Positions 1-7,768 of a stretch of 64,000 nucleotides of DNA are shown piece by piece. The notes beneath the pieces are model-generated. The model was not told the DNA's origin. It saw only the letters and a program-made list of their open reading frames with translations, and searched no databases. The position numbers and the translations under genes were made by a program. Position 1 is the first letter of the stretch. The number at the start of each line of letters is the position of its first letter. This DNA is from Devosia sp. (GTDB taxonomy: Bacteria > Pseudomonadota > Alphaproteobacteria > Rhizobiales > Devosiaceae), in the NCBI RefSeq assembly GCF_048261455.1, contig NZ_JBLXGA010000002.1, positions 170,648-234,647 on the forward strand, written 5' to 3'.

Positions 1-1068
1 GCCATCGGGATCGTAGAAGAGGCAGGATTCGATACCGGTGGTGGTGACGGGACCGGAATTGAACAGCATGTATTGCAGCCCGTTCAGCACCATTTTCAAC
101 CCGCGATCCTGGCCGTAATAGCCGGACTTGCCCCTGGTGGTCGCGATCACCGGGACCTCGTGGTGGTCCTGCAGGTTGTGGCCGACGCCGGAGAGATCGG
201 CGGTGACGGGGATCTGGAAATCGGCCAGATGATCGGCCGGACCGAGCCCCGAGAGCAGCATGAGCTTGGTGGAATTATAGGTGCCGGCGGCGACCAGCAC
301 CTCGCCATCGGTGCGCGCCTCGTGCGGTTCGTCTTGCGCCGTGTAGCGCACGCCGACCGCACGGCCGTTCTCGACGATGATGCGATCGACGCGGGCGCCG
401 GTGACGATCTTCAGCCTGTGGTCGCGACGCAGCGGATCGAGGAAGGCACGGCGCGCGTCGGAGCGCTGCTTGTGGGCACCGCGCTGGCCGAAACTGTGCT
501 GCATGATGCCGACACCGGACTGGCCGGCGCCATTGAAATCTGGGTTGTAGTCATGCCCCAGGCCCTGGGCGGCCAGCATGAACTGCTCGGTGGTGGGCGA
601 AATGTGCCCCGGCTCGGACACCCGCAACCGGCCGGAAATGCCGTGGAAGCGGTTGTTGAAGCGCGCATTGGATTCGAGCGTGGTGAAATGGGGCAGCATG
701 TCCTCGTAGGACCAGTCGGGGGCATTGCCGAGGCCGGCGGCCCAGCCGTCGTAATCCTCGGCCTGGCCGCGCATATAGACCATGGCGTTGACGGCGCTGC
801 CGCCGCCCAGAACCTTGGCCACCGGCACGGTGGGCGCACGGCCGCCGAGCTGCGGCTGCGGCACGGATTTGTGCATTTCGAGGAAGGTGTCGCGGCCCAG
901 ATATTTCATGTAGCCGGCCGGCATGGCCATGATCGGGTTGGTGCGTTTGGGCCCGCGCTCGAGCAGCAGCACGGAATAGCCGAACTCGCCGACAAGGCGC
1001 GATGCGGCCACCGAGGCCGCCGAGCCGCCGCCACAAATGATGAAATCGTATGCCCGCGCCGCCGCCAT
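1..1068 (-). CDS. GMC-family FAD oxidoreductase (choline-dehydrogenase-like); N-terminal 356 codons only, runs off the left edge
   Basis: It is absent from the ORF track because no stop lies in the window. Reverse-complement translation from the ATG at 1068 gives MAAARAYDFIICGGGSAASVAASRLVGEFGYSVLLLERGPK (GxGxxG FAD fold) and later AKVLGGGSAVNAMVYMRG. A GGAGGG Shine-Dalgarno lies 7 nt upstream. The listed 73..1206 + ORF is its antisense shadow. Confidence 0.85.
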   Translation of the reverse strand, partial: MAAARAYDFIICGGGSAASVAASRLVGEFGYSVLLLERGPKRTNPIMAMPAGYMKYLGRDTFLEMHKSVPQPQLGGRAPTVPVAKVLGGGSAVNAMVYMRGQAEDYDGWAAGLGNAPDWSYEDMLPHFTTLESNARFNNRFHGISGRLRVSEPGHISPTTEQFMLAAQGLGHDYNPDFNGAGQSGVGIMQHSFGQRGAHKQRSDARRAFLDPLRRDHRLKIVTGARVDRIIVENGRAVGVRYTAQDEPHEARTDGEVLVAAGTYNSTKLMLLSGLGPADHLADFQIPVTADLSGVGHNLQDHHEVPVIATTRGKSGYYGQDRGLKMVLNGLQYMLFNSGPVTTTGIESCLFYDPDG

Positions 1069-1350
1069 GCCGAAGCCCTCCTGCAGGTATTTGTAGCGAG
1101 GGCAGAAGGACTTGAACAGACGGGGCGGGGGGATGATCGGACGATGGCCGGTGCGCACCGGACGCCATCAGCAACGCCGTGCGGCTTGGCGGCGAACCAA
1201 TGGTAACGCTGACAGACGGTTGGAGCCTGCCGATCAGCCGCAGCTGGCTACCAGCGGCGCGCGCGGCTGGACTGAAGATCTGAGCGCCCATCGCGATTTC
1301 TCGCCGATAGGTTTTTTGCCCGCAGACCCTGGTGCTGAGCGCGTCAACGC

Positions 1351-1413
1351 TGTCACCCATGTGCAACAACTACGCGGTAGCGCTGATTTTCCGCGATGGC
1401 AACGATTGTCACC
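1351..1413 (+). promoter_or_regulatory. Conserved bipartite upstream element of barrel paralogue A (TGTCACCCATGTGCAAC-N36-GATTGTCACC)
   Basis: The same two boxes occur with identical 36-nt spacing upstream of paralogues B and C. The second box ends 47-49 nt before each start codon. Confidence 0.45.
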
Positions 1414-1460
1414 GGTGCCGACAGGTGTAAGTCCTGCAATGAATTTAAGGGAGAGATTTA

Positions 1461-2345
1461 ATGAAGTTGCTGATATTCGAGGCGGTCTTGATGGCCGGTG
1501 TGTTGTCGGTGGGGGCAGCGCAGGCTGCAGACCTGGTCATCTATCCCGAGGCAACCTCGGACTATGCTGCCGAGCCGGCGGTGTCCGGCGTCAATGGCAA
1601 GCTGGAGCTCGACCTCGGCTATCTGACAGACCCCGAGAGCGCGATGTTCCGCGGCGCTGGCTCGATCTCCGTCCCGGTCGGCGACATGTTCGGGCTGCAA
1701 GGCGATATTTCAGTCGAAAACTCTGCTGGCGACTGGTCGGTTGGCGGAGCGCTGCACGCCTTCACCCGCGATCCGTCCAGCTATCTGCTCGGCATCACCG
1801 CCGGCGTCGTGCGCAACGACAATGCCACTTTGGCGGCCATCGGACCCGAAGCCGAAGTCTATCTCGGCCAGCTCAGCTTCGAGGGCTGGGGTGGCTGGGC
1901 CTCGCTCGACTATGACGATGCGACGCCCGATCTGGACGGCGGTTTCGCCATCGGCGACCTGGCCTACTACGCGACCGACGACTGGCGGGTCAGCATTGGT
2001 GGCGCCTCGATCCTGGGCGAAAACTCACTGAACCTTGCCACCGAATATCAGTTTGCGCCGGAACTGGGCCTGGCGCTGTCCGGCGAGGCCCGCTGGCACG
2101 ACACGGGCGCCGTTTCCGCCATGGTGGGCCTCAAGGGCTATCTCGGCACGCCAGGCAAGAGCCTGATCGATCGCCATCGCCAGGATGATCCGCCGAACCG
2201 GGCGCTTGACCTCGCTGCCGGTGCGGGAGATCTGATGTCCGCAATATCCACGGCGCCCGACGACGGGCCCAAGAGTGATGCCGACTGCGAGCTAGACGAA
2301 GTCTTTGACGAGCAGACCCAGACCTGTGTCAAGTACCCTATTTGA
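1461..2345 (+). CDS. Secreted beta-barrel outer-membrane-protein-like paralogue A with variable C-terminal tail
   Basis: The signal peptide is MKLLIFEAVLMAGVLSVGAAQA followed by ADLVIYPE. The core has an alternating beta-strand pattern ending in VGLKGYL. It then carries the conserved hinge PGKSLIDRHRQDDPPNRAL and a unique 45-aa acidic tail with 2 Cys. It is paralogous to 2787, 5370 and 7769. Confidence 0.85.
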   Translation: MKLLIFEAVLMAGVLSVGAAQAADLVIYPEATSDYAAEPAVSGVNGKLELDLGYLTDPESAMFRGAGSISVPVGDMFGLQGDISVENSAGDWSVGGALHAFTRDPSSYLLGITAGVVRNDNATLAAIGPEAEVYLGQLSFEGWGGWASLDYDDATPDLDGGFAIGDLAYYATDDWRVSIGGASILGENSLNLATEYQFAPELGLALSGEARWHDTGAVSAMVGLKGYLGTPGKSLIDRHRQDDPPNRALDLAAGAGDLMSAISTAPDDGPKSDADCELDEVFDEQTQTCVKYPI

Positions 2346-2380
2346 CGCTATCGACCAGGCGCCGCGCCTCACCAGACGAT

Positions 2381-2411
2381 CGCCGCTCCTTCGGGGGCGG
2401 CGTTCTTTTTT
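2381..2411 (+). terminator. Rho-independent terminator after paralogue A
   Basis: The hairpin CGCCGCTCC-TTCG-GGGGCGGCG is followed by a TTCTTTTTT run. Confidence 0.7.
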
Positions 2412-2675
2412 GCGCATTGCCGTACGGGATTGCCCGACAGCTGGGTCACCGTTTGGCATCGCTCATCCTACGCGCCGAGTCTCCGTTCGCCCCGTGCCGT
2501 TGGACCGTTCAGCGCTGAGGCTAGTTAGCGGGAAGGGTGCGGTCGTGGCCATATCGAGATTTGGGGCGATTGCATTGAAGCCGCGCGGCTGGACTGAGGT
2601 TCTGAACGCCTCAACTTTATTTACGCTCGGCCCTGTCATGTTCGGGCACACGTGCTTGCCCGACGTCTGTATCGA

Positions 2676-2737
2676 GTCACCCATTTGCAACGGTTGCACC
2701 TGAACACTTTCTTGCCGCGCCTGTAGAGATTGTCACC
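2676..2737 (+). promoter_or_regulatory. Conserved bipartite upstream element of paralogue B (GTCACCCATTTGCAAC-N36-GATTGTCACC)
   Basis: See 1351..1413. Between the boxes, TGAACA-N17-TAGAGA is a weak sigma70-like candidate. Confidence 0.45.
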
Positions 2738-2786
2738 AAGCCCCATCAGTGTATTTTTCTGAAAGGGAATTAAAGGAGAGGCGGCA

Positions 2787-3668
2787 ATGCGGCTGCGGGT
2801 ATTGAATACGGTCTTGATGGCCAGTGTGTTTTCGGTGGGTGCGGCAAATGCCGCAGACCTGATCATCTATCCCGAGCCGATGGCCGATTATGCTGCCGAT
2901 TTCGTCGCGCCGGCCGTCTCCGGGCTGAACGGCAAGCTTGAACTCGATCTCGGCTATCTCACCGATCCGTCGAGCGCTGTCTTCCGCGCCGCGGGCTCGA
3001 TTTCGGCGCCGGTTGGCGACATGTTCGGCCTGCAGGGCGATCTCTCCGTGCAGTCCTATGAGGGTGACTGGAGTTTCGGTGGCGCAGTGCACGGCTTCAC
3101 CCGTGACCCCTCGAGCTATCTACTCGGCGTGACGGGTGGCTTCGTTACCAGTTCCGAGTCCACTCTCATGGCGATTGGTCCGGAAGCGGAGCTCTACTTG
3201 GGACAGATCAGTCTTGAGGCCTGGGCCGGTTGGGCTTCCATCGACTATACCGATGTGCTGCAGCCGGACCTAAGTGGCATGTTCGCTATCGCCGACCTCG
3301 CCTATTACGCGACGGATGACTGGCGCGTCAGCATCGGCGGTTCGTCGATCCTCGGCGAGAACTCGCTGCGGCTGGCCACCGAATACCAGTTTGCGCCGGA
3401 GATGGGCCTTGGGGTCAGCGGCGAAGCGCGCTGGCATGATACCGGCGCGGTTGCCGCCATGGTCGGGCTCAAGGGCTATATCGGCGAGCCCGGCAAGAGC
3501 CTGATCGATCGCCATCGTCAGGACGATCCGCCGAACCGGGCGCTCAGCCTGTTCTCGGGGGCGAGCGAACTGATCCATGATGGCGCGTACTGCGGCGAAG
3601 GCGAAAAGTACGTGCTAGTTGATACCGACACATACGACTGCGAGAGCATCTCAGACATACCGAAGTGA
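2787..3668 (+). CDS. Secreted beta-barrel OMP-like paralogue B
   Basis: The signal peptide MRLRVLNTVLMASVFSVGAANA is followed by ADLIIYPEP. An AAAGGAGAGG RBS precedes the start. It has the same core and hinge as A. Its unique 40-aa tail is SLFSGASELIHDGAYCGEGEKYVLVDTDTYDCESISDIPK. Confidence 0.85.
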   Translation: MRLRVLNTVLMASVFSVGAANAADLIIYPEPMADYAADFVAPAVSGLNGKLELDLGYLTDPSSAVFRAAGSISAPVGDMFGLQGDLSVQSYEGDWSFGGAVHGFTRDPSSYLLGVTGGFVTSSESTLMAIGPEAELYLGQISLEAWAGWASIDYTDVLQPDLSGMFAIADLAYYATDDWRVSIGGSSILGENSLRLATEYQFAPEMGLGVSGEARWHDTGAVAAMVGLKGYIGEPGKSLIDRHRQDDPPNRALSLFSGASELIHDGAYCGEGEKYVLVDTDTYDCESISDIPK

Positions 3669-3791
3669 CATCAGCTGCCGGCACAAAGGCATGTGAGCGG
3701 AGCTGACTACTTGCCGCACTACAGCGCGGTGCATTAACTCAAGGTTGATGCTTTCCGCATGTGGTTCATACCGCAGACCTTGTTTAAGCAG

Positions 3792-5108
3792 TTATGTCTG
3801 GGACGGGCGCCACTCGTTGACATATTCCAGAAATTTACCGGCTGCCGTGGTTTCTATCCGCGGCAGCCGTATCATTTTGACTGCTGCGTCATCGAAAAAG
3901 ATCTCGCGAAAGGCCGCCTCGGCCTGATGTTCGTCGCCGAGCCGCGCGGTATCGCGCGGCACATATCGTATCTCGAAATCCAGAGGCCCCACCTGCGCGA
4001 TCTGCCACATTGTCGCGTCCAGCGCTTCCCGGGCAGAATCGGGCAGCATGCGGGCCGCCGCGCGACCATCGGGATGCGTGAAGATGGCCATGGACCGCCC
4101 GGAGATGGATTTCAGCAAGGGCAGGACACGCCCGCATGAACAGGGCGGGGCGAAGGCGGCAATGTCGCCCTGGTCGTAACGGATCAACGGCTGGATGGTG
4201 CTGACAAACGGCGTGATGACGACGCGCCCCTCCACACCGACCGGGCACGGGGCACCCTCGGCATCCACGATCTCCAGAAACAGGTTCTCTGCGCTGACAT
4301 GAAGTCCCGGGCCGTCGGGACAGGGATGCGCCATGTGACCGCCTTCCTTGGAACTGTAGTGTTCCAGGCAGGCAGCGCCGAACACCCGCCGGAAAGCCGC
4401 CTTATCGTCGGCACCGACGTGTTCCCCGTGGGCGAAAATGCTCTCGAGGCTGGCGAAAATACCGAGCCGCTCTGCCTCGAGCGCCAGAGTGTGAACATTC
4501 TTGGGCACAGAGGAATAGTAGGCGGTCGCTGTGCGCGACAGAAACTCAAGTGTCTCCTCGGAGGTGAAGCGCCGCGATATGGTGAAGGATCTGCCGGCCC
4601 GTGCGGCAGCATCCCAGGGCGGCCCCCAGATACCCGTCTGCTTGCCGTCGGGGTACAGGGCATCGGGATCGAAACCGCCGCGCGCGGTGTAGGTCTTTGA
4701 CCAGTCGACGCCATGCCAGCGCTGCGCCCGCCAACGGATGGCTGCGGTGGCGAGCATCATCAGCCGGTTGGTGGAAATCTTGATCGGCAGGCCGGTCGAG
4801 CCCGAGGATTCAATGGTGCTGTAATCCCCGTGGCCACGCGGCCGGTTGCGCGCCAGCATGGCGTCGCGGTGGTCGCGCATGTCGGTGCGGGTGACGATCG
4901 GGATCTCGTGCCAGCGGTCCCAGTCGATGCCGCCGCCGGGGCGGAAGACGGAATCGAGGCGGTTTTCGTAGAAGGGCACGTTGGCGCGGGCATGGCGCAG
5001 AAGCTGCTCGAGCTGCTCGCGCTGATAGGCGACGAGCTGCGACGGAGACCAGTACTGGCTCTCCATCAGCATCTCGAAGAACTGTTGCTGCAACTCGTCT
5101 TCTGTCAT
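3792..5108 (-). CDS. PaaK/CapK/F390-synthetase-like adenylate-forming ligase, copy 1
   Basis: It carries the ANL-type nucleotide motif IESSGSTGLPIK and the C-terminal domain motif PPCSCGR..LPLL..ISGR. The start at 5108 (MTEDELQQQ) was chosen by identity with copy 2. The track's upstream extension to 5273 is Arg/Gly-rich junk. Confidence 0.8.
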   Translation of the reverse strand: MTEDELQQQFFEMLMESQYWSPSQLVAYQREQLEQLLRHARANVPFYENRLDSVFRPGGGIDWDRWHEIPIVTRTDMRDHRDAMLARNRPRGHGDYSTIESSGSTGLPIKISTNRLMMLATAAIRWRAQRWHGVDWSKTYTARGGFDPDALYPDGKQTGIWGPPWDAAARAGRSFTISRRFTSEETLEFLSRTATAYYSSVPKNVHTLALEAERLGIFASLESIFAHGEHVGADDKAAFRRVFGAACLEHYSSKEGGHMAHPCPDGPGLHVSAENLFLEIVDAEGAPCPVGVEGRVVITPFVSTIQPLIRYDQGDIAAFAPPCSCGRVLPLLKSISGRSMAIFTHPDGRAAARMLPDSAREALDATMWQIAQVGPLDFEIRYVPRDTARLGDEHQAEAAFREIFFDDAAVKMIRLPRIETTAAGKFLEYVNEWRPSQT

Positions 5109-5258
5109 CTCCCGACTAAATCGCGGTCCGCCGCGGGGCGCAAGACGAGGCGGTGGCGCCGAGCCTCTATCACCAGTTCGAACGCATCGCCTCGATGATC
5201 TGCCGAGCCAAGGCGCCGCCCTCCTCGTGCGGACGATCCTGCCCGACCTCTGTATGGC

Positions 5259-5320
5259 GTTACCCGTTTGCAACAGCCGTATTTGAACACTCCCTTTCGT
5301 TGCCTATGGCGATTGTCACC
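5259..5320 (+). promoter_or_regulatory. Conserved bipartite upstream element of paralogue C (GTTACCCGTTTGCAAC-N36-GATTGTCACC)
   Basis: See 1351..1413. TTGAAC-N16-TATGGC lies between the boxes. The following ~55-nt 5' leader is nearly identical to that of paralogue B. Confidence 0.45.
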
Positions 5321-5369
5321 AAGCCCCATAAGTGTATTTTTCTGAAAGGGAAATTAAGGAGAGGCGGCG

Positions 5370-6224
5370 ATGCGGCTGCGGGTATTGAATACGGTCTTGA
5401 TGGCCAGTGTGTTTTCGGTGGGCGCGGCGAATGCCGCAGACCTCATCATCTATCCTGAACCGATGGCCGATTACGCCGCCGATTTCGCGGCGCCTGCAGT
5501 GTCCGGGGTGAACGGCAAACTGGAATTCGACCTCGGCTATCTCACCGACCCCTCGAGTGCGATTTTCCGCGCTGCGGGCTCGATTTCGGCGCCAGTGGGC
5601 GACATGTTCGGCCTGCAGGGCGATCTCTCCGTGCAGTCCTATGAGGGTGACTGGAGTTTCGGTGGCGCAGTGCACGCCTTCACCCGCGACCCGTCGAGCT
5701 ACCTGCTCGGTGTGACTGCCGGTGTGGTCTCGACAGGCGATTCCACCCTGTTCGCCGTCGGCCCCGAAGCTGAACTCTATCTCGGCCAGATCAGCATCGA
5801 GGCCTGGGCTGGTTACGCAGCGCTTGAATATGACGATGCCGGGCTGACCGATCTGAGCGGCGGGTTTGCGATAGCCGACCTGGCCTATTATGCGACGGAC
5901 GACTGGCGGGTGAGCATCGGCGGTTCGTCGATCCTCGGCGAGAACTCGCTGAACATTGCAACCGAATATCAGTTTGCCCCGGAAATGGGTCTGGCGCTCT
6001 CCGGCGAGGCCCGCTGGCACGACACCGGCGCCGTTGCCGCCATGGTGGGGCTCAAGGGCTATATCGGCGAGCCGGGCAAGAGCCTGATCGATCGCCACCG
6101 CCAGGACGACCCGCCGAACCGGGCACTCAACCTGTTCTCGGGTGCCAGCGGTCTGATCTCGGAAGAGTACGAGGAGCCAGAAGAAGATCTGAAAGATCCG
6201 CCGCAGGACCTCGAGCCCACTTAG
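5370..6224 (+). CDS. Secreted beta-barrel OMP-like paralogue C
   Basis: The signal peptide and first ~110 aa are almost identical to B. It has the same hinge. Its unique 31-aa acidic tail is NLFSGASGLISEEYEEPEEDLKDPPQDLEPT. Confidence 0.85.
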   Translation: MRLRVLNTVLMASVFSVGAANAADLIIYPEPMADYAADFAAPAVSGVNGKLEFDLGYLTDPSSAIFRAAGSISAPVGDMFGLQGDLSVQSYEGDWSFGGAVHAFTRDPSSYLLGVTAGVVSTGDSTLFAVGPEAELYLGQISIEAWAGYAALEYDDAGLTDLSGGFAIADLAYYATDDWRVSIGGSSILGENSLNIATEYQFAPEMGLALSGEARWHDTGAVAAMVGLKGYIGEPGKSLIDRHRQDDPPNRALNLFSGASGLISEEYEEPEEDLKDPPQDLEPT

Positions 6225-6255
6225 GCAATCGATTTTAGTCGTTGTTTGATCAACC

Positions 6256-7566
6256 TTAGCTCAACGATTGCCACTCGTTCACATATTGAAGATATTTTCC
6301 GGCTGCCGTGGGTTCGATCCGCGGCAGCCGGATGCATTTGACCCGCGCGTCTTCGAAGTAGATTGCCTTAAAGGCGGCTATCGCCGCCGTTTCATCGCCA
6401 GGTCTGTCTGGATCGTTCGGTACATAGCGGATGTCGAAATCGAGCGGCCCAACTTGCGCGACCTGCCAGATGGTCGCACCGAGACCGTTGCGGACGGCCT
6501 CGGGCAACATGCCGGATGCGCGACGACCGTCTGGATGAGTGAAGAACGCTGTTTGTCGGCCTGAAATAGCCGCCAGGAGGGGTAGTCCGCGCCCACAACT
6601 GCAGGGCGGCGCAAGAGCGGCGATGTCGCCCTGATCATAGCGAATGAGCGGCTGCGTGGTGCTGGTAAAAGGCGTAATGACCACGCGGCCTTCGACACCG
6701 ACGGCGCAAGGTTTCCCGTTCTCGTCAACGATCTCCAACAGGAGGTTCTCCGCGCCGACGTGCAGACCAGCGCTACTCGGGCAGGGGTGCGCCATCTGCC
6801 CGCCTTCCTTGGAGCTGTACTGTTCGAAACAGATCGCCCCGAATGCCCGCCGGTACGCCTGCTTGTCGTCCATTTCGACTTGCTCGCCATGCGTGATCAC
6901 CGCATGCAGTGGTAGATCCAACCCTTCCCGCTCAGCAGCAAGCGCGAGCACATGTGCCGGCTTCGGACCAGCGCGCAAATAGCTAGCGCCTACGCTGGAC
7001 ATGACGTCCACCATTTGCTCTGCAGTCAACTTGCGGTCCATCAGATATGCGGTGCCGAGTTGCGCTGAGCTGAGCCAAGGCGGGCCCCAAGGGCCGTCTG
7101 ATCGGTAGCCACGATCCTCCCGAACCTCACCGACATAGCGCGCGGCATACGTCTTGGACCAGTCAAAGTCGTGCCAGGTTTGTGCGCGATATCGAACAGC
7201 GCGCGTGGCCAGCATCATCAGACGGTTCGTGGTGATTTTGATCGGCAATCCCGTAGAGCCAGAGGATTCAATGGTGCTGTACTTCCCGTGCCCCGTCGGG
7301 ACGCGCTGCGCCAGCATGGCGTCGCGGTGGTCGCGCATGTCGGTGCGGGTGACGATCGGGATCTCGTGCCAGCGGTCCCAGTCGATGCCGCCGCCGGGGC
7401 GGAAGACGGAATCGAGGCGGTTTTCGTAGAAGGGCACGTTGGCGCGGGCATGGCGCAGAAGCTGCTCGAGCTGCTCGCGCTGATAGGCGACGAGCTGCGA
7501 CGGAGACCAGTACTGGCTCTCCATCAGCATCTCGAAGAACTGTTGCTGCAACTCGTCTTCAGTCAT
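6256..7566 (-). CDS. PaaK/CapK/F390-synthetase-like adenylate-forming ligase, copy 2
   Basis: This is a 436-aa ORF with the motifs IESSGSTGLPIK and PPCSCGRGLPLL. The first 86 aa are identical to copy 1. Confidence 0.8.
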   Translation of the reverse strand: MTEDELQQQFFEMLMESQYWSPSQLVAYQREQLEQLLRHARANVPFYENRLDSVFRPGGGIDWDRWHEIPIVTRTDMRDHRDAMLAQRVPTGHGKYSTIESSGSTGLPIKITTNRLMMLATRAVRYRAQTWHDFDWSKTYAARYVGEVREDRGYRSDGPWGPPWLSSAQLGTAYLMDRKLTAEQMVDVMSSVGASYLRAGPKPAHVLALAAEREGLDLPLHAVITHGEQVEMDDKQAYRRAFGAICFEQYSSKEGGQMAHPCPSSAGLHVGAENLLLEIVDENGKPCAVGVEGRVVITPFTSTTQPLIRYDQGDIAALAPPCSCGRGLPLLAAISGRQTAFFTHPDGRRASGMLPEAVRNGLGATIWQVAQVGPLDFDIRYVPNDPDRPGDETAAIAAFKAIYFEDARVKCIRLPRIEPTAAGKYLQYVNEWQSLS

Positions 7567-7768
7567 CCCTCGACTAAATCGCGGTCCGCCGCGCGAGGCA
7601 AGAGACGAGGCGGCAAGTCACGGATTGCCGCTTTGCTGCGCCAGCCGGCCGCGAGTCACATTTCCGCAACTCCCGCGGCGAAGGATTTCGTCACATCTGC
7701 CAGAGGCTTGCCGCTTAAGCAGAGATATGTACGTAATTTCTCCAGACTATGTTTACTGGGGGCTTTAC

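Noticed and set aside
73-1206. 377-aa + strand ORF at the left edge
   Set aside because: Its composition is Gly/Ala/Arg/His-rich with no motifs. It lies exactly antisense to a well-supported GMC oxidoreductase frame, so it is a high-GC shadow ORF.
5109-5273. Upstream extension of ligase copy 1 (track ORF 3792..5273); likewise 7625..7768 for barrel paralogue D
   Set aside because: The extensions are Arg/Gly/Pro-rich and absent from the paralogues. The paralogue alignment fixes the starts at 5108 and 7769.
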